A stretch of 64,000 bases of DNA from Burkholderiales bacterium (lineage in GTDB: Bacteria; Pseudomonadota; Gammaproteobacteria; Burkholderiales; Burkholderiaceae_C), in NCBI GenBank assembly GCA_038215405.1, contig JBBQQX010000002.1, forward strand, positions 22,094 to 86,093, in the 5' to 3' direction. The notes beneath the pieces were generated by a model. It did no database searches and had not been told where the DNA came from. It saw nothing but the letters and a program-made list of their open reading frames with translations. This document shows, in pieces, positions 29,887 through 39,595 of this stretch; the first letter of the stretch is position 1, and each line of letters opens with the position of its first letter. The translations under genes were made by a program, and so were the position numbers.

Positions 29887-30909
29887 TCAATCCTGCATCA
29901 GGTCCAGCATCAGGGCAATTCGGGCTTTGACCGGCGACAGACCGTTGGAATGCGCAAATTCCGAACCTTCTGTTGCCAGCACTCGGCCGGTGGCGCAGCG
30001 GGTTGAGCGCACCACCTTCACGCCAGCGGTCTGCGCGCGGCGCAGCGCCGCCTCCATATCCTGATGAATCGTGCCGTTGCCGGTGCCGTCCACCACCAAG
30101 CCGCGCACCGGCGGCGCCGGCAGGCGAGGCCGCCCTCGCGGGCCTATCACGAGCAGCGGGGCCAGCAAGGCATCCACCAGCGCACCGCTGGCGCCCGCGT
30201 AGTTCATCACAATTTCCACGCGTGGCCAGTTGGCCAGCAGTGCTAGTTTTTCGATAGCTACTGGCGCTTTATCCACGAGGGCCAGAGGCCAATTTCGTAC
30301 CAGACGCACGGCCCCCTCCTCGACATAGGCCACGACACCGGCGTCGCCCGAACTGAAAGCGTCCAGGCGGTAGGTATCGACCTTTTGCACGTCCACCGCC
30401 GCGTGCACCTTGCCGGCACACACGGCGACCACGCCGCAGGCGCCCGCAGTCGTTGCCACGGCCACCGCATCCCGCAGATTCTGCGGCCCGTCCGGGGCCG
30501 CGCTGGACGCGGGTCGCATGGCGCAGGTTAGGACCACCGGCTTGGCTGCGAGTTGCTGCGCGGGCAGCACGGCATGCAGAAAATAAGCGGTTTCCTCCAG
30601 CGTATCGGTGCCGTGGGTAATCACGATGCCGGTGACATCGGCTTGCCCCAGATGGTGACTCACGCGCAATGCCAACTGCTGCCAGACCGCAAAGCTCATG
30701 TCCTTGCTGTCAATTTGCGCCACCTGCTCAGCGACCAGCGTGCGACCGGCCGACACCTGATCAAGCCCGGGCACGCTGTCCAACAATTGGCGCACACCAA
30801 CCTGGGCGGCGCTGTACCCAATGTTGTCGCTGGCACTGGTTGCGTTGCCGGCAATCGTGCCGCCCGTGGCCAAAACAACGACTTTTTGTATAAATTTCTC
30901 AGCCATCAC
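29887..30909 (-). CDS. L-asparaginase
   Basis: 340 aa. [12 protein letters not shown] and [15 protein letters not shown] catalytic threonine motifs; DGTGNG. Confidence 0.85.
   Translation of the reverse strand: MMAEKFIQKVVVLATGGTIAGNATSASDNIGYSAAQVGVRQLLDSVPGLDQVSAGRTLVAEQVAQIDSKDMSFAVWQQLALRVSHHLGQADVTGIVITHGTDTLEETAYFLHAVLPAQQLAAKPVVLTCAMRPASSAAPDGPQNLRDAVAVATTAGACGVVAVCAGKVHAAVDVQKVDTYRLDAFSSGDAGVVAYVEEGAVRLVRNWPLALVDKAPVAIEKLALLANWPRVEIVMNYAGASGALVDALLAPLLVIGPRGRPRLPAPPVRGLVVDGTGNGTIHQDMEAALRRAQTAGVKVVRSTRCATGRVLATEGSEFAHSNGLSPVKARIALMLDLMQD
30128..30172 (+). repeat. Possible older, GC-enriched Element A copy inside the asparaginase gene
   Basis: CCCTCGCGGGCCTATCACGAGCAGCGGGGCCAGCAAGGC resembles the CGCTTTATCCACGAGGGCCAGAGGCC core. 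Encodes part of a 20-aa insertion ([21 protein letters not shown]) absent from E. coli AnsB as I remember it. Confidence 0.35.
30241..30297 (+). repeat. Element A copy inside the asparaginase gene (antisense, in frame)
   Basis: GCTAGTTTTTCGATAGCTACTGGCGCTTTATCCACGAGGGCCAGAGGCCAATTTCG. Encodes [18 protein letters not shown] on the gene strand. Confidence 0.7.
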
Positions 30910-30943
30910 TTGCCAACTTTCAAAAACTGATTAAAAATACAGT

Positions 30944-30980
30944 TACTGAATACAACAACAGTGTGTATAAAGTAACAGCT
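30944..30980 (+). promoter_or_regulatory. Two tandem LexA (SOS) boxes in the lexA promoter
   Basis: CTGA-N8-ACAG at 30946-30961 and GTGT-N8-ACAG at 30963-30978. Each matches 7 of the 8 specified positions of CTGT-N8-ACAG. They lie 30-60 nt upstream of the lexA ATG. Confidence 0.7.
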
Positions 30981-31007
30981 AATCCACCGAACCGCCAAGG
31001 AGTCGCC

Positions 31008-31682
31008 ATGCTTGGAAGCCCAAAACTCACCGCCCGCCAGCAGCAGATTCTGGACCTCATCCAGAACGCCATTGCACGCACCGGTGCGCCACCAACCCGG
31101 GCCGAGATCGCCACCGAGCTCGGCTTCAAGTCTGCCAACGCCGCCGAAGAACACCTGCAGGCACTGGCGCGCAAGGGCGCCATCGAACTCGTCAGCGGCA
31201 CCTCGCGTGGTATTCGGCTCAAGAGCGAGACGATGCGCTCCATCAATGAATCTCGCAGCAAGGAATTTTCGCTGTCGCTGCCCGGTCTGTCGCAACTGAT
31301 GCTGCCCCTGATCGGCCGCGTGGCCGCAGGCTCGCCAATTCTCGCGCAGGAGCATATCGACCAAACCTACTACGTGGAAAACAGCCTGTTCCAGCGCAAG
31401 CCCGACTACCTGCTCAAGGTGCGCGGCATGTCGATGCGCGACGCCGGAATCATGGACGGCGACCTGCTGGCGGTGCAATCCACCAAGGATGCCAAAAATG
31501 GCCAGATTGTGGTGGCCCGCCTGGGCGATGAAGTGACCGTCAAGCGCTTTAGACGCACCAAGGACCTGATCGAACTGTGCCCAGAAAACCCCGACTACCA
31601 GATCATCGTGGTCGAGCCCGGCGAACCCTTCGAAATTGAAGGTCTGGCGGTTGGTCTGATCCGCAACACCATGCTGATGTAA
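31008..31682 (+). CDS. lexA: LexA repressor
   Basis: [35 protein letters not shown]..., Ala-Gly cleavage site (RVAAGSP), Ser/Lys dyad region (GMSMRDAGI...VKR). SD AAGGAG precedes the ATG at 31008. Confidence 0.95.
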   Translation: MLGSPKLTARQQQILDLIQNAIARTGAPPTRAEIATELGFKSANAAEEHLQALARKGAIELVSGTSRGIRLKSETMRSINESRSKEFSLSLPGLSQLMLPLIGRVAAGSPILAQEHIDQTYYVENSLFQRKPDYLLKVRGMSMRDAGIMDGDLLAVQSTKDAKNGQIVVARLGDEVTVKRFRRTKDLIELCPENPDYQIIVVEPGEPFEIEGLAVGLIRNTMLM

Positions 31683-31715
31683 GCGGCGCGCTGCTATTGC
31701 ATTGAAAGGTTCCCA

Positions 31716-32093
31716 ATGAGCTCTGCACTCCTGCCTATTCCCGTCATTCTGGCGCCGCTGCAAGTGCTGTGGCGCTGGCTCATGCCAGCACTGCCCGTCT
31801 TGTGCGATCTCCCCAGAGGGGCCACCGGCTTGCGTGGGCGCGTCAGACCATCGGGCCAGCCACTGCGTCACAGGCAGATGGCTTGGCGCCCCAGGGCCGA
31901 CCCGCGTCATGGCACGGCGGACCAACCGCCCATGTCGGCCGTTGCCCCGGCCCAGCGACCGCTGCGGGTGGTGCGCTTGATGGAAGCCGGCCAGGCCCCG
32001 GCTCAAGTCGGGCGCATGGTCATTTCTGGCCGCATGGCTGACGTCTGCGCCGAACTTGATCGCCTGGCGGCGTACGAAGCGGCGCTCTCCTAA
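31716..32093 (+). CDS. Hypothetical protein (Arg/Pro-rich N-terminal half, plausible folded C-terminal half)
   Basis: 125-aa ORF with high third-position GC in this frame. I recognise no family. Alternative frames are also open, as expected at this GC content. Confidence 0.3.
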   Translation: MSSALLPIPVILAPLQVLWRWLMPALPVLCDLPRGATGLRGRVRPSGQPLRHRQMAWRPRADPRHGTADQPPMSAVAPAQRPLRVVRLMEAGQAPAQVGRMVISGRMADVCAELDRLAAYEAALS

Positions 32094-32234
32094 AGACCGG
32101 CGTAGCAAAAGCCAAGGCACGGCTTGTTGCACACCGGGCTGAATTGACAAGCCGAGGCAAATCTTGCTTGCTTGTGCGTTTGAACAAAGGCCGCTGCCAA
32201 GTGCAAGGGCCGTGCCAAGGCACAATGACGGCCT

Positions 32235-33248
32235 ATGAACATCGTAATACTTGATGATTACCAGGACGCGGTTCGAAAACTGGAGTGCGCGGCCAAGCTG
32301 GCGCCCTACCCGGCTAAGGTCTACACGAACACGGTCAAGGGGCTGGGACAGCTGTCCTTGCGCCTCAAGGATGCCAATGTCATCGTCCTCATCCGTGAGC
32401 GCACGCACCTGTCGCGCGCATTGATCGAAAAACTGCCCAAGCTCAAGCTGGTGGTGCAGACCGGGCGAGTGGGCTCGCACATCGACCTGGACGCCTGCAC
32501 CGAGCTCGGGATTGCGGTCGCCGAGGGTTCCGGGTCGCCCGTGGCACCGGCCGAGCTCACCTGGGCGTTGATCCTGGCCGCCATGCGGCGCCTGCCCCAG
32601 TACATCGGCAATCTCAAGCACGGCGCGTGGCAACAATCGGGTTTAAAGACCGGCTCAATGCCCCCCAACTTCGGACTCGGGACGGTCCTGAAGGGCAAGA
32701 CGCTGGGCATCTGGGGCTATGGCAACGTCGGACGACTGGTGGCCGGCTACGGCCAGGCCTTCGGCATGAAGGTGCTGGTCTGGGGGCGCGCACCGGCGCG
32801 CGAGCGCGCGCTGCTGGACGGATTTGACGCGGCGCTCAGTCGTGATGATTTTTTTAGTCAATCCGATGTCCTTTCCTTGCATCTGCGGCTGGTGGATGAG
32901 ACGCAGGGCATCGTCAGACTCGATGATCTCGGGCGCATGAAGCCCACCGCCCTCCTGGTCAACACGGCGCGCGCCGAATTGATCGAGCCCGATGCCTTGA
33001 TCAGTGCCCTGAACCGCGGACGCCCCGGCCTGGCGGCGATCGATGTGTTCGAGACCGAGCCCATTTTGCAGGGCCACGCCCTGCTGCGGCTGGAGAATTG
33101 CATTTGCACGCCGCACATCGGCTATGTGGAGCAGAACAGTTATGAGATGTACTTTGGCGCCGCGTTTGACAACGTGATCAACTTCATCCAGGGCACGCCG
33201 ACCAACATCGTCAATCCAGGCGCCCTGCAAGTGCAGCGGCGACGCTAG
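32235..33248 (+). CDS. D-isomer-specific 2-hydroxyacid dehydrogenase family protein
   Basis: 337 aa. GIWGYGNVGRLVA NAD-binding motif; catalytic region LVNTARAELI ... TPHIGY. Confidence 0.85.
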   Translation: MNIVILDDYQDAVRKLECAAKLAPYPAKVYTNTVKGLGQLSLRLKDANVIVLIRERTHLSRALIEKLPKLKLVVQTGRVGSHIDLDACTELGIAVAEGSGSPVAPAELTWALILAAMRRLPQYIGNLKHGAWQQSGLKTGSMPPNFGLGTVLKGKTLGIWGYGNVGRLVAGYGQAFGMKVLVWGRAPARERALLDGFDAALSRDDFFSQSDVLSLHLRLVDETQGIVRLDDLGRMKPTALLVNTARAELIEPDALISALNRGRPGLAAIDVFETEPILQGHALLRLENCICTPHIGYVEQNSYEMYFGAAFDNVINFIQGTPTNIVNPGALQVQRRR

Positions 33249-33415
33249 CGTGGAGTGACTGTGCTCGATACCCGCGCAGTCAACCCGCCGCGCGCGTTGG
33301 GGGTCCAACTTCGCGAATGTCCCCCGGCTTGGGGCTCCGCCTTAGCCTCCTCCTTGACTTCGCTACGTCAGACTCCCAACGCACGCCGCTAGTCATTACC
33401 AAGTCAATTCATCGA

Positions 33416-34807
33416 TCAGGTTGGCGGTTGACTATGGAAGTTAACGTGAAGTGACTTTTTTGTTATCGGGTGGTCGGCCAACAACTGCGCCACGGCCTGC
33501 GTCAAGCGCGCGCTGGCCCCGCGATGGCTGCGGGCAAAGGCGTCGGCCGCTTGCCGAGCGACGGACAGCGCGTTGGCATCGCCAGCCAGGGTGGCGGCCG
33601 CTTGCAACCCTTCGCTCATATCTACCACGCGCCGCGCGGCACCCGCCGCCCGCGCCTGCTCGGCCGCGTCAGCGAAGTTGAACGTGTGCGGGCCCATCAC
33701 CACCGGACAGCCACAGGCCGCCGCTTCAATCAGGTTTTGCCCGCCAAGCGGCTCGAAGCTGCCGCCCAACAGCGCCACATCGGCCAGGCCGTAGTACAGC
33801 GCCATCTCTCCCAGCGAGTCACCGAGCCAGACCGTGGGCCGGGTCGATGGCGCCTCAGCCGGTGCCAGGCGAGGCAGCGGCCCATCAAGCCAGTTGCTGC
33901 GACGCGACAACGAAAAACCTTGCTGTTCGATCAACGCCGCCACCGTCTCGAAGCGCTGCGGGTGCCGTGGCACGATCAACCATTGGACTTCATGAGCTAC
34001 TGAAATAGTAGCGGTATGTGAAGTATCCACGCGGGCCAGAAGCCAAAATGATGCCAAGACTTGCAGCAACGCCGCCTCTTCACCTTCGCGCGAACTGGCC
34101 AGCATCACCACGGGCCGACCATTTTGGTGGCGCCAGCGCTGGCCCAGCGCCAGTTGCTGCGCGTCGGGCGTGGCGTCGAACTTGAGGTTCCCGAAAACGC
34201 CTTGCACCGGCGCCCCAAGACTTGCCAGGCGCGCGCAATCGTCTTGCGTCTGCGCCCACACCGCCGTCAAGGCGCGGTAGGCCGGCCGCGCCAGCCAGGC
34301 CAGCTTGAGCGTCTTGCGTTGTGATTGTTCACTCAGTCGCGCATTGGCCAGCACCAGCGGCACGCCGCGCTTCGCACACCCTGCCACCAGATTGGGCCAG
34401 ATTTCGGTTTCCATCAGGATGCCGATGCGCGGCTGAAAGTGCGCCAGAAAGCGTTGTACGGCGCCCGGCGTGTCCCAGGGCTGCCAAGCCTGCAGGTCAC
34501 CCGACAGCAGCAACTGCAGGCCCTCGGCTCGGCCCGTCGCGGTGCCGTGCGTGAGCAGCAAGCGCATGCCGGGAAGGCGCGCGCGCAGGCTGGCCACCAG
34601 CACAGCGGCGGCGCGGGTTTCGCCCAGCGACACCGCGTGCACCCAGACCGTGTTGCCATCAAACGGTGGCGCAGCCGACGCGTAATGCCCAAAGTGCTCG
34701 TCCATGGCCAGCAGGTAACCCGGCTCCTGCGCACCGCGACGACGCAGCTTAAGGCGCAACAAGGGCTGCGCCAGCCACATCAGCAGGCTGTACAACAGGC
34801 GTGTCAC
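33416..34807 (-). CDS. waaA: 3-deoxy-D-manno-octulosonic acid (Kdo) transferase
   Basis: 463 aa. VWVHAVSLGETRAA, PRHPQRF, GGSFEPLGGQNLIEAAACGCPV. Confidence 0.9.
   Translation of the reverse strand: MTRLLYSLLMWLAQPLLRLKLRRRGAQEPGYLLAMDEHFGHYASAAPPFDGNTVWVHAVSLGETRAAAVLVASLRARLPGMRLLLTHGTATGRAEGLQLLLSGDLQAWQPWDTPGAVQRFLAHFQPRIGILMETEIWPNLVAGCAKRGVPLVLANARLSEQSQRKTLKLAWLARPAYRALTAVWAQTQDDCARLASLGAPVQGVFGNLKFDATPDAQQLALGQRWRHQNGRPVVMLASSREGEEAALLQVLASFWLLARVDTSHTATISVAHEVQWLIVPRHPQRFETVAALIEQQGFSLSRRSNWLDGPLPRLAPAEAPSTRPTVWLGDSLGEMALYYGLADVALLGGSFEPLGGQNLIEAAACGCPVVMGPHTFNFADAAEQARAAGAARRVVDMSEGLQAAATLAGDANALSVARQAADAFARSHRGASARLTQAVAQLLADHPITKKSLHVNFHSQPPT
33995..34050 (+). repeat. Element A copy inside waaA (antisense, in frame)
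   Basis: GAGCTACTGAAATAGTAGCGGTATGTGAAGTATCCACGCGGGCCAGAAGCCAAAATG. Head hairpin GCTACT/AGTAGC carries compensatory changes. Encodes LLARVDTSHTATISVAH. Confidence 0.7.
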
Positions 34808-35880
34808 CTGTCGGCCCCGGGGTCGCCCATGGGCATGGCGCGCGGCACCGGGACCAATGCGGGACCGGCGCCAGCTGAAGCTGCAGCCCTGACGGCCAGC
34901 CAGGCGGCCCAGACCGCATCCACCGCGGGCGTTGGCTGGGTGAACACGCTGCGCTGGTGCGTCCGCCCGAGTGGCCCGGTGCGCCAGGCGGTGTCAAAGT
35001 TGTAGATCTGCACATGCGGCAAGTCCAGCGCCACGGCGATGTGGCTCAAACCGCTGTCCACGCCCACCACGCCGGCACACCTGGCGAGCGCGTCGCTCAA
35101 GGCGTCCAGCCCGAGCCGGGGCCAGACCACGGCATGTGCCAGGGCCTGTGCAATCTGCTCTGCCGTTTTCTGCTCGGCGTCACTGCCGTGCGGCAAGGCC
35201 ACGGCGTAGCCACTGGCATTGAGACGCTGGCCCAAATTGCGCCAGTGATCGAGCGGCCACTGCTTATCCAAGCGCGAAGTCCCGTGCACCAAGGCGACTG
35301 TGCCGTTCGAACAAGCGGCATCAACTGCTTCAATATCTATAGCTGCTTGCGCAATGGGGACGGGGGCTAGAAGCCCAAAAGACATAGAAGTTGGCAGCGC
35401 GTAGCCCAGCGCCTGGGCGCACACCGCGCGCGCGCGCACCACTGCGTGGCAGTGCGGCTCAACCGTCACTGCCACGTCGGCCACCCAGCGCGCGGGCGCC
35501 TCATAGCTGGAGCCTTCTGTCTGGTTCGCCAGACCGAAGCGTTTGCCGCCGGGCGCCAGGCGCGCCAGCCAAGAGATCAGCGCCGACTTGCTCAAGCCCT
35601 GCAGGTCGATCACGGCGTCATAGCGTTCGCGCTGCAACTCGGCTTTGAAAGCGCGCCAGGCCTGACGCGTCTGCCCCGAGAGGGGTGCCTTGCGCCAGCG
35701 CCGCAGTTCGCACTCAATCACCCGGTTCAGCCCGGCACAACGCTTGAGCAAGGGCGCAAAGCTGCGCTCCACCACCCAGTCAATCTGCGCCTCGGGCCAG
35801 GCGCGCCGGATGTCCTGCACCGCCGGCATGACGTGCACCACATCGCCAAGCGAAGACAGCTTGACGATCAAGACCTTCAA
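34804..35880 (-). CDS. waaC: Lipopolysaccharide heptosyltransferase I
   Basis: 358 aa. MKVLIVKLSSLGDVVHVMPAVQDI, GVDSGLSHIAVAL. 4-nt overlaps with both neighbouring genes. Confidence 0.85.
   Translation of the reverse strand: MKVLIVKLSSLGDVVHVMPAVQDIRRAWPEAQIDWVVERSFAPLLKRCAGLNRVIECELRRWRKAPLSGQTRQAWRAFKAELQRERYDAVIDLQGLSKSALISWLARLAPGGKRFGLANQTEGSSYEAPARWVADVAVTVEPHCHAVVRARAVCAQALGYALPTSMSFGLLAPVPIAQAAIDIEAVDAACSNGTVALVHGTSRLDKQWPLDHWRNLGQRLNASGYAVALPHGSDAEQKTAEQIAQALAHAVVWPRLGLDALSDALARCAGVVGVDSGLSHIAVALDLPHVQIYNFDTAWRTGPLGRTHQRSVFTQPTPAVDAVWAAWLAVRAAASAGAGPALVPVPRAMPMGDPGADR
35322..35383 (+). repeat. Element A copy inside waaC (antisense, in frame)
   Basis: TCTATAGCTGCTTGCGCAATGGGGACGGGGGCTAGAAGCCCAAAAGAC. 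Encodes LLAPVPIAQAAIDIE. Confidence 0.7.
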
Positions 35881-37304
35881 TGCGCGGCCTGGTCCAGCAC
35901 TGCGCCGGGTTTGACCTCGCGCAACAGCTTCAGCATCGTGCCTTCAATGCGGTGCAAGGCCGCGGGCGTCTGCCCTTCAAAGCGCAGCACCAACACCGGC
36001 GTGGTGTTGGACGCACGAATCAGGCCAAAGCCATCGGGCCAGTCGACGCGCAGGCCGTCAATAGTGGAGACCTTGGCACCGGCCTTGACCGCCTCCATCA
36101 GGGTGCCGGTGCCCGTATTGGCCACGAAGGCCGCGGCGGCCGCGGCCAGCAGTTGCGCCACCAGCGTGTGCTGCTCGCCCTCGGCGCACTTAACGTTCAG
36201 CTCGGGCGTGGAAAAACTGCTGGGCAATGCGTCCAGCACGGCACTGGCATCAAGTGAGCGGCTCAATATTTCCAGCAGGCGGCAGCCTGCGTAGGTGCCA
36301 TCGTCAAAGCCGTACCAGCGTTCCTTGAAGAAGACGTGGCCGCTCATCTCACCGCCCAGCGGCGAGTTGACTTCTTTCATCTTGGCCTTGATCAGCGAGT
36401 GGCCGGTCTTGAACATCAAGGGCACACCGCCCGCGGCTTCAATCGCCGGGGCCAGGCGCTGCGAGCATTTCACGTCGAACAGGATCGTGCCGCCCGGCAC
36501 ACGGGTCAGCACATCCTGCGCAAACAGCATCAATTGCCGATCCGGGAAGATGTTGTTGCCCTCTTTGGTCACGATGCCCAGTCGGTCGCCGTCGCCGTCA
36601 AAAGCCAGGCCCAGTTCGGCATCGCTGTTTTTGAGCGCGGCCATGAGGTCGCGCAGGTTCTCCGGCTTGCTGGGGTCGGGGTGGTGATTCGGGAAGTTGC
36701 CGTCGACCTCGCTGAACAGTTCGATCACCTCGCAACCAATCGCCCGCAGGATGGCAGGTGCGCTGGCGCCAGCAATGCCATTGCCGGAGTCAACCACGAT
36801 CTTCATCGGGCGCGCCAGCTTGATGTCACCCACGATGCGCGCCTGGTAGGCGGCCAGCACGTCCACCGAGCGCAGTTTGCCACCCGCCTGCAACTCCCAG
36901 GACTCGTCTTCCATCATGCGATGCAGCGCCTGGATTTCTTCGCCGTAAATGGCGCGCCCGGCCAGCACCATCTTGAAGCCGTTGTGGTCTTTAGGGTTGT
37001 GGCTGCCGGTGACCTGAATGCCGCTGGTGCATAGCGTGTTGGCGGCAAAGTACAGCATCGGTGTCGTCACCATGCCAATATCGATGACCTCGACGCCAGC
37101 GGCCACCAGACCGCGCATCAAAGCCGCGCTCAACTCCGCGCCAGTGAGGCGACCGTCGCGCCCCACCGCCACAGTCAACTCGCCCTCACGCCGCGCCGCG
37201 GTGCCAAAGGCCCGGCCGAGCGCTTCTGCCTGAGCCTCGTTGATCGTGCTCGGCACGACGCCGCGAATGTCATAGGCCTTGAAAATGGATGCTGAAAACT
37301 GCAT
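35877..37304 (-). CDS. Phosphomannomutase/phosphoglucomutase
   Basis: 475 aa. TGSHNP phosphoserine loop, FDGDGDR Mg site, GGEMSGH sugar-binding loop. Confidence 0.9.
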   Translation of the reverse strand: MQFSASIFKAYDIRGVVPSTINEAQAEALGRAFGTAARREGELTVAVGRDGRLTGAELSAALMRGLVAAGVEVIDIGMVTTPMLYFAANTLCTSGIQVTGSHNPKDHNGFKMVLAGRAIYGEEIQALHRMMEDESWELQAGGKLRSVDVLAAYQARIVGDIKLARPMKIVVDSGNGIAGASAPAILRAIGCEVIELFSEVDGNFPNHHPDPSKPENLRDLMAALKNSDAELGLAFDGDGDRLGIVTKEGNNIFPDRQLMLFAQDVLTRVPGGTILFDVKCSQRLAPAIEAAGGVPLMFKTGHSLIKAKMKEVNSPLGGEMSGHVFFKERWYGFDDGTYAGCRLLEILSRSLDASAVLDALPSSFSTPELNVKCAEGEQHTLVAQLLAAAAAAFVANTGTGTLMEAVKAGAKVSTIDGLRVDWPDGFGLIRASNTTPVLVLRFEGQTPAALHRIEGTMLKLLREVKPGAVLDQAAH

Positions 37305-37429
37305 GACGTGGTTCCTGACAAAAGGGTTGGTATCGATCGGTTCAACAGATTGTAGATAGGGGCCGGCCAGCCCAGAGACAGGTCCGAAAACGGCTGGTCT
37401 GGCGCCAGCGCCCGCTTATCATCGTTGCC

Positions 37430-39007
37430 ATGACACCCGTTAGCGCCACTGCCATCGATGACGCCCGCTACCTCGCCCTCAAGGCCAAGGACGCGCGCTT
37501 TGACGGCTGTTTTTTCACCGGCGTCACTTCCACCGGTATTTATTGCCGCCCGGTCTGCCGCGTGCGCACGCCCAAGCGCGAGAACTGCCGGTTCTTTAGC
37601 CACGCTGCGCAAGCCGAACGCGCGGGCTTTCGGCCCTGCCTGCGCTGCCGCCCGGAACTCGCACCGCGCGCGCCCGCCCCCGCCCTGGCGCCCGAGGCGC
37701 GCGCGTGGTCGATGCAGGACGCCTGCAGCATTCTGGCCGCACAGGCGGCGCGCCTGCTCGATACCCCCGAGGCTTGGGCGCAAGGCCCGCCCAGCGTCGC
37801 TCAACTCGCGCTGCGACTGGGCGTGAGCGAGCGCCACCTGCGCCGCATTTTTGCGGCGGCCCTGGGTGTCTCGCCGCTGCAATACCTGCAAACGCGGCGC
37901 CTGCTGTCGGCCAAGCAGCTGCTGACCGACACGGCGCTGCCCGTCACCGAAGTCGCGCACCTCAGTGGTTTCGCCAGCGTGCGACGCTTCAATGCCGCGT
38001 TTGCCGAGCATTACGCCCTCAACCCCAGCCAGCTGCGCCGCGGCGGCGCGCGCGGCGCTCAGGGCGCTCAGGGCGGCGCCCTGGCGGGCCTTCAGGTCCG
38101 ACTGGCGTATCGCCCGCCCTACGACGCCCGCGCCATGCTGACGTTCTTTGCCACGCGGCAAGTCACCGGCATCGAAGACGTCACGCTGAGCGCGGACCAC
38201 TTGAGCCTGCGCAAGACCGTCGCCGTCTCAGCCTTTGACAAGCGCTACACCGGCTGGATCGAGGCGCGCTTCGATGACGCGCAGCACCGTGTCGATCTGC
38301 GCCTGAGCGATTCCCTGCTGGGTGTGCTGCCCGGGGTGATGGCGCGCGTGCGCGCCCTGTTCGACCTGGACGCCGATCCCGGCGCCATCAACAGCGTGCT
38401 GCAGGCCCGCTTCCCCCTGGGCAACGGTTTGCGTGTGCCGGGCGCGCTCGACGGCTTCGAGCTCGCCGTGCGCACCGTCCTGGGCCAGCAGATCACGGTG
38501 GCCGCGGCGCGCACGCTTGCAACCCGGCTGGTGGCGCGCTGGGGTGAGCCGGTCGATACGCCGTTTGCCGGTCTGAACCGGCTCTTTCCGACGCCCGCCG
38601 CACTGGCTGGCGCCAGAGCCGATTCGCTCGGCGCGTTGGGCATCGTCAAACAGCGCCAGGGCGCGATCCAGGCGATCGCCAGCGCCGTGTTGACGCAGCG
38701 CCTGCAACTGCACGCGGGTGCCGACGTGGCGGCCACCGTGGCTGCGCTGAAGGCGCTGCCCGGGGTGGGCGACTGGACCGCCCAGTACATCGCGATGCGG
38801 GCGCTGCGCTGGCCCGATGCCTTTCCGGCCGGCGATGTTGCGCTGCACCGGGCGCTGGGCGTGCAAGATGCAAAAAACCCGGCGCTAGAGGCGCAGAGCG
38901 CGTCGCGGGCCTGGCAGCCGTGGCGCAGCTACGCCGTGATCCGGGCTTGGTCGACCCTGGCGCCGACCGTGGGCCGGCCCCCAGTCAGCTCAATTGCTAT
39001 TGAATAA
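37430..39007 (+). CDS. Ada N-terminal (Zn methylphosphotriester sensor)-AraC HTH-AlkA DNA glycosylase fusion protein
   Basis: 525 aa. Cys cluster CRPVCRVRTP...RPCLRCRP, AraC-type HTH, then HhH-GPD glycosylase region (GVGDWTAQYIAMRAL...PAGD). Confidence 0.85.
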   Translation: MTPVSATAIDDARYLALKAKDARFDGCFFTGVTSTGIYCRPVCRVRTPKRENCRFFSHAAQAERAGFRPCLRCRPELAPRAPAPALAPEARAWSMQDACSILAAQAARLLDTPEAWAQGPPSVAQLALRLGVSERHLRRIFAAALGVSPLQYLQTRRLLSAKQLLTDTALPVTEVAHLSGFASVRRFNAAFAEHYALNPSQLRRGGARGAQGAQGGALAGLQVRLAYRPPYDARAMLTFFATRQVTGIEDVTLSADHLSLRKTVAVSAFDKRYTGWIEARFDDAQHRVDLRLSDSLLGVLPGVMARVRALFDLDADPGAINSVLQARFPLGNGLRVPGALDGFELAVRTVLGQQITVAAARTLATRLVARWGEPVDTPFAGLNRLFPTPAALAGARADSLGALGIVKQRQGAIQAIASAVLTQRLQLHAGADVAATVAALKALPGVGDWTAQYIAMRALRWPDAFPAGDVALHRALGVQDAKNPALEAQSASRAWQPWRSYAVIRAWSTLAPTVGRPPVSSIAIE

Positions 39008-39052
39008 ATAGCTGATGACGCCTATTCAACGAGGGCCGCAAGGCGAAATGAC
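38993..39052 (+). repeat. Element A copy forming the ada-alkA / ogt junction
   Basis: TTGCTATTGAATAAATAGCTGATGACGCCTATTCAACGAGGGCCGCAAGGCGAAATGAC. The alkA-fusion stop TAA (39005-07) lies in the AT-rich loop. The ogt ATG follows the tail immediately. Confidence 0.7.
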
Positions 39053-39595
39053 ATGAAATATTCAGCAGACACCGTGCAGACGAGCTACGCCAGCCCGCTG
39101 GGGCGCATCATCCTGGCCGCCAGCGACGGCAAATTGCTGGGCGCCTGGTTTGAGGGCCAAAGCCACCAGCCCGACACCGCACGCTGGCCCGAGGCACACG
39201 ATGGCGCCATCTTCGACCTGGCCAAGGCGCAATTGAAGGACTATTTTGCGGGCCGGCGCGAGTCCTTCGATCTGCCCCTGGACTTGAGCGGCGGCACTGA
39301 TTTTCAGCAGTCGGTCTGGCGCGCCCTACTGAATATCCCGCGTGGCAGCACCTGCAGCTATGGCGATATCAGTGTGGCCATCGGCAAACCCGCTGACCTT
39401 TACGCAAGGGCCGTGGGCGGCGCGATCGGACGCAACCCCTTGAGTATCATCGTGCCTTGTCACCGCGTGCTCGGCACCAAAGGCGCTCTCACCGGCTACG
39501 CCGGCGGGATCGAGCGTAAACGCGCGCTGCTGATGCTCGAAGGCGCGGCGTTCCAGCCCTCGACCCAGGCCGGCCCAACCCAAGGAACACGTTGA
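39053..39595 (+). CDS. ogt: Methylated-DNA--protein-cysteine methyltransferase
   Basis: 180 aa. Active-site IIVPCHRVLG. Confidence 0.9.
   Translation: MKYSADTVQTSYASPLGRIILAASDGKLLGAWFEGQSHQPDTARWPEAHDGAIFDLAKAQLKDYFAGRRESFDLPLDLSGGTDFQQSVWRALLNIPRGSTCSYGDISVAIGKPADLYARAVGGAIGRNPLSIIVPCHRVLGTKGALTGYAGGIERKRALLMLEGAAFQPSTQAGPTQGTR

Noticed and set aside
32108-32217. Direct repeat GCCAAGGCAC (32112 and 32205) with complementary GGCACGGC / GCCGTGCC upstream of the 2-hydroxyacid dehydrogenase gene, considered as a regulatory RNA or operator
   Set aside because: The matches are short (8-10 nt) in GC-rich DNA, with no further supporting structure or motif. Noted only.
30906-32636. 576-aa ORF on the minus strand, the longest unexplained ORF in the track
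   Set aside because: It runs antisense to lexA, which is unambiguous, and continues into the start of the dehydrogenase gene. Its composition is the Arg/Gly/His/Gln-rich junk typical of antisense frames in high-GC DNA, and it has no recognisable motif.
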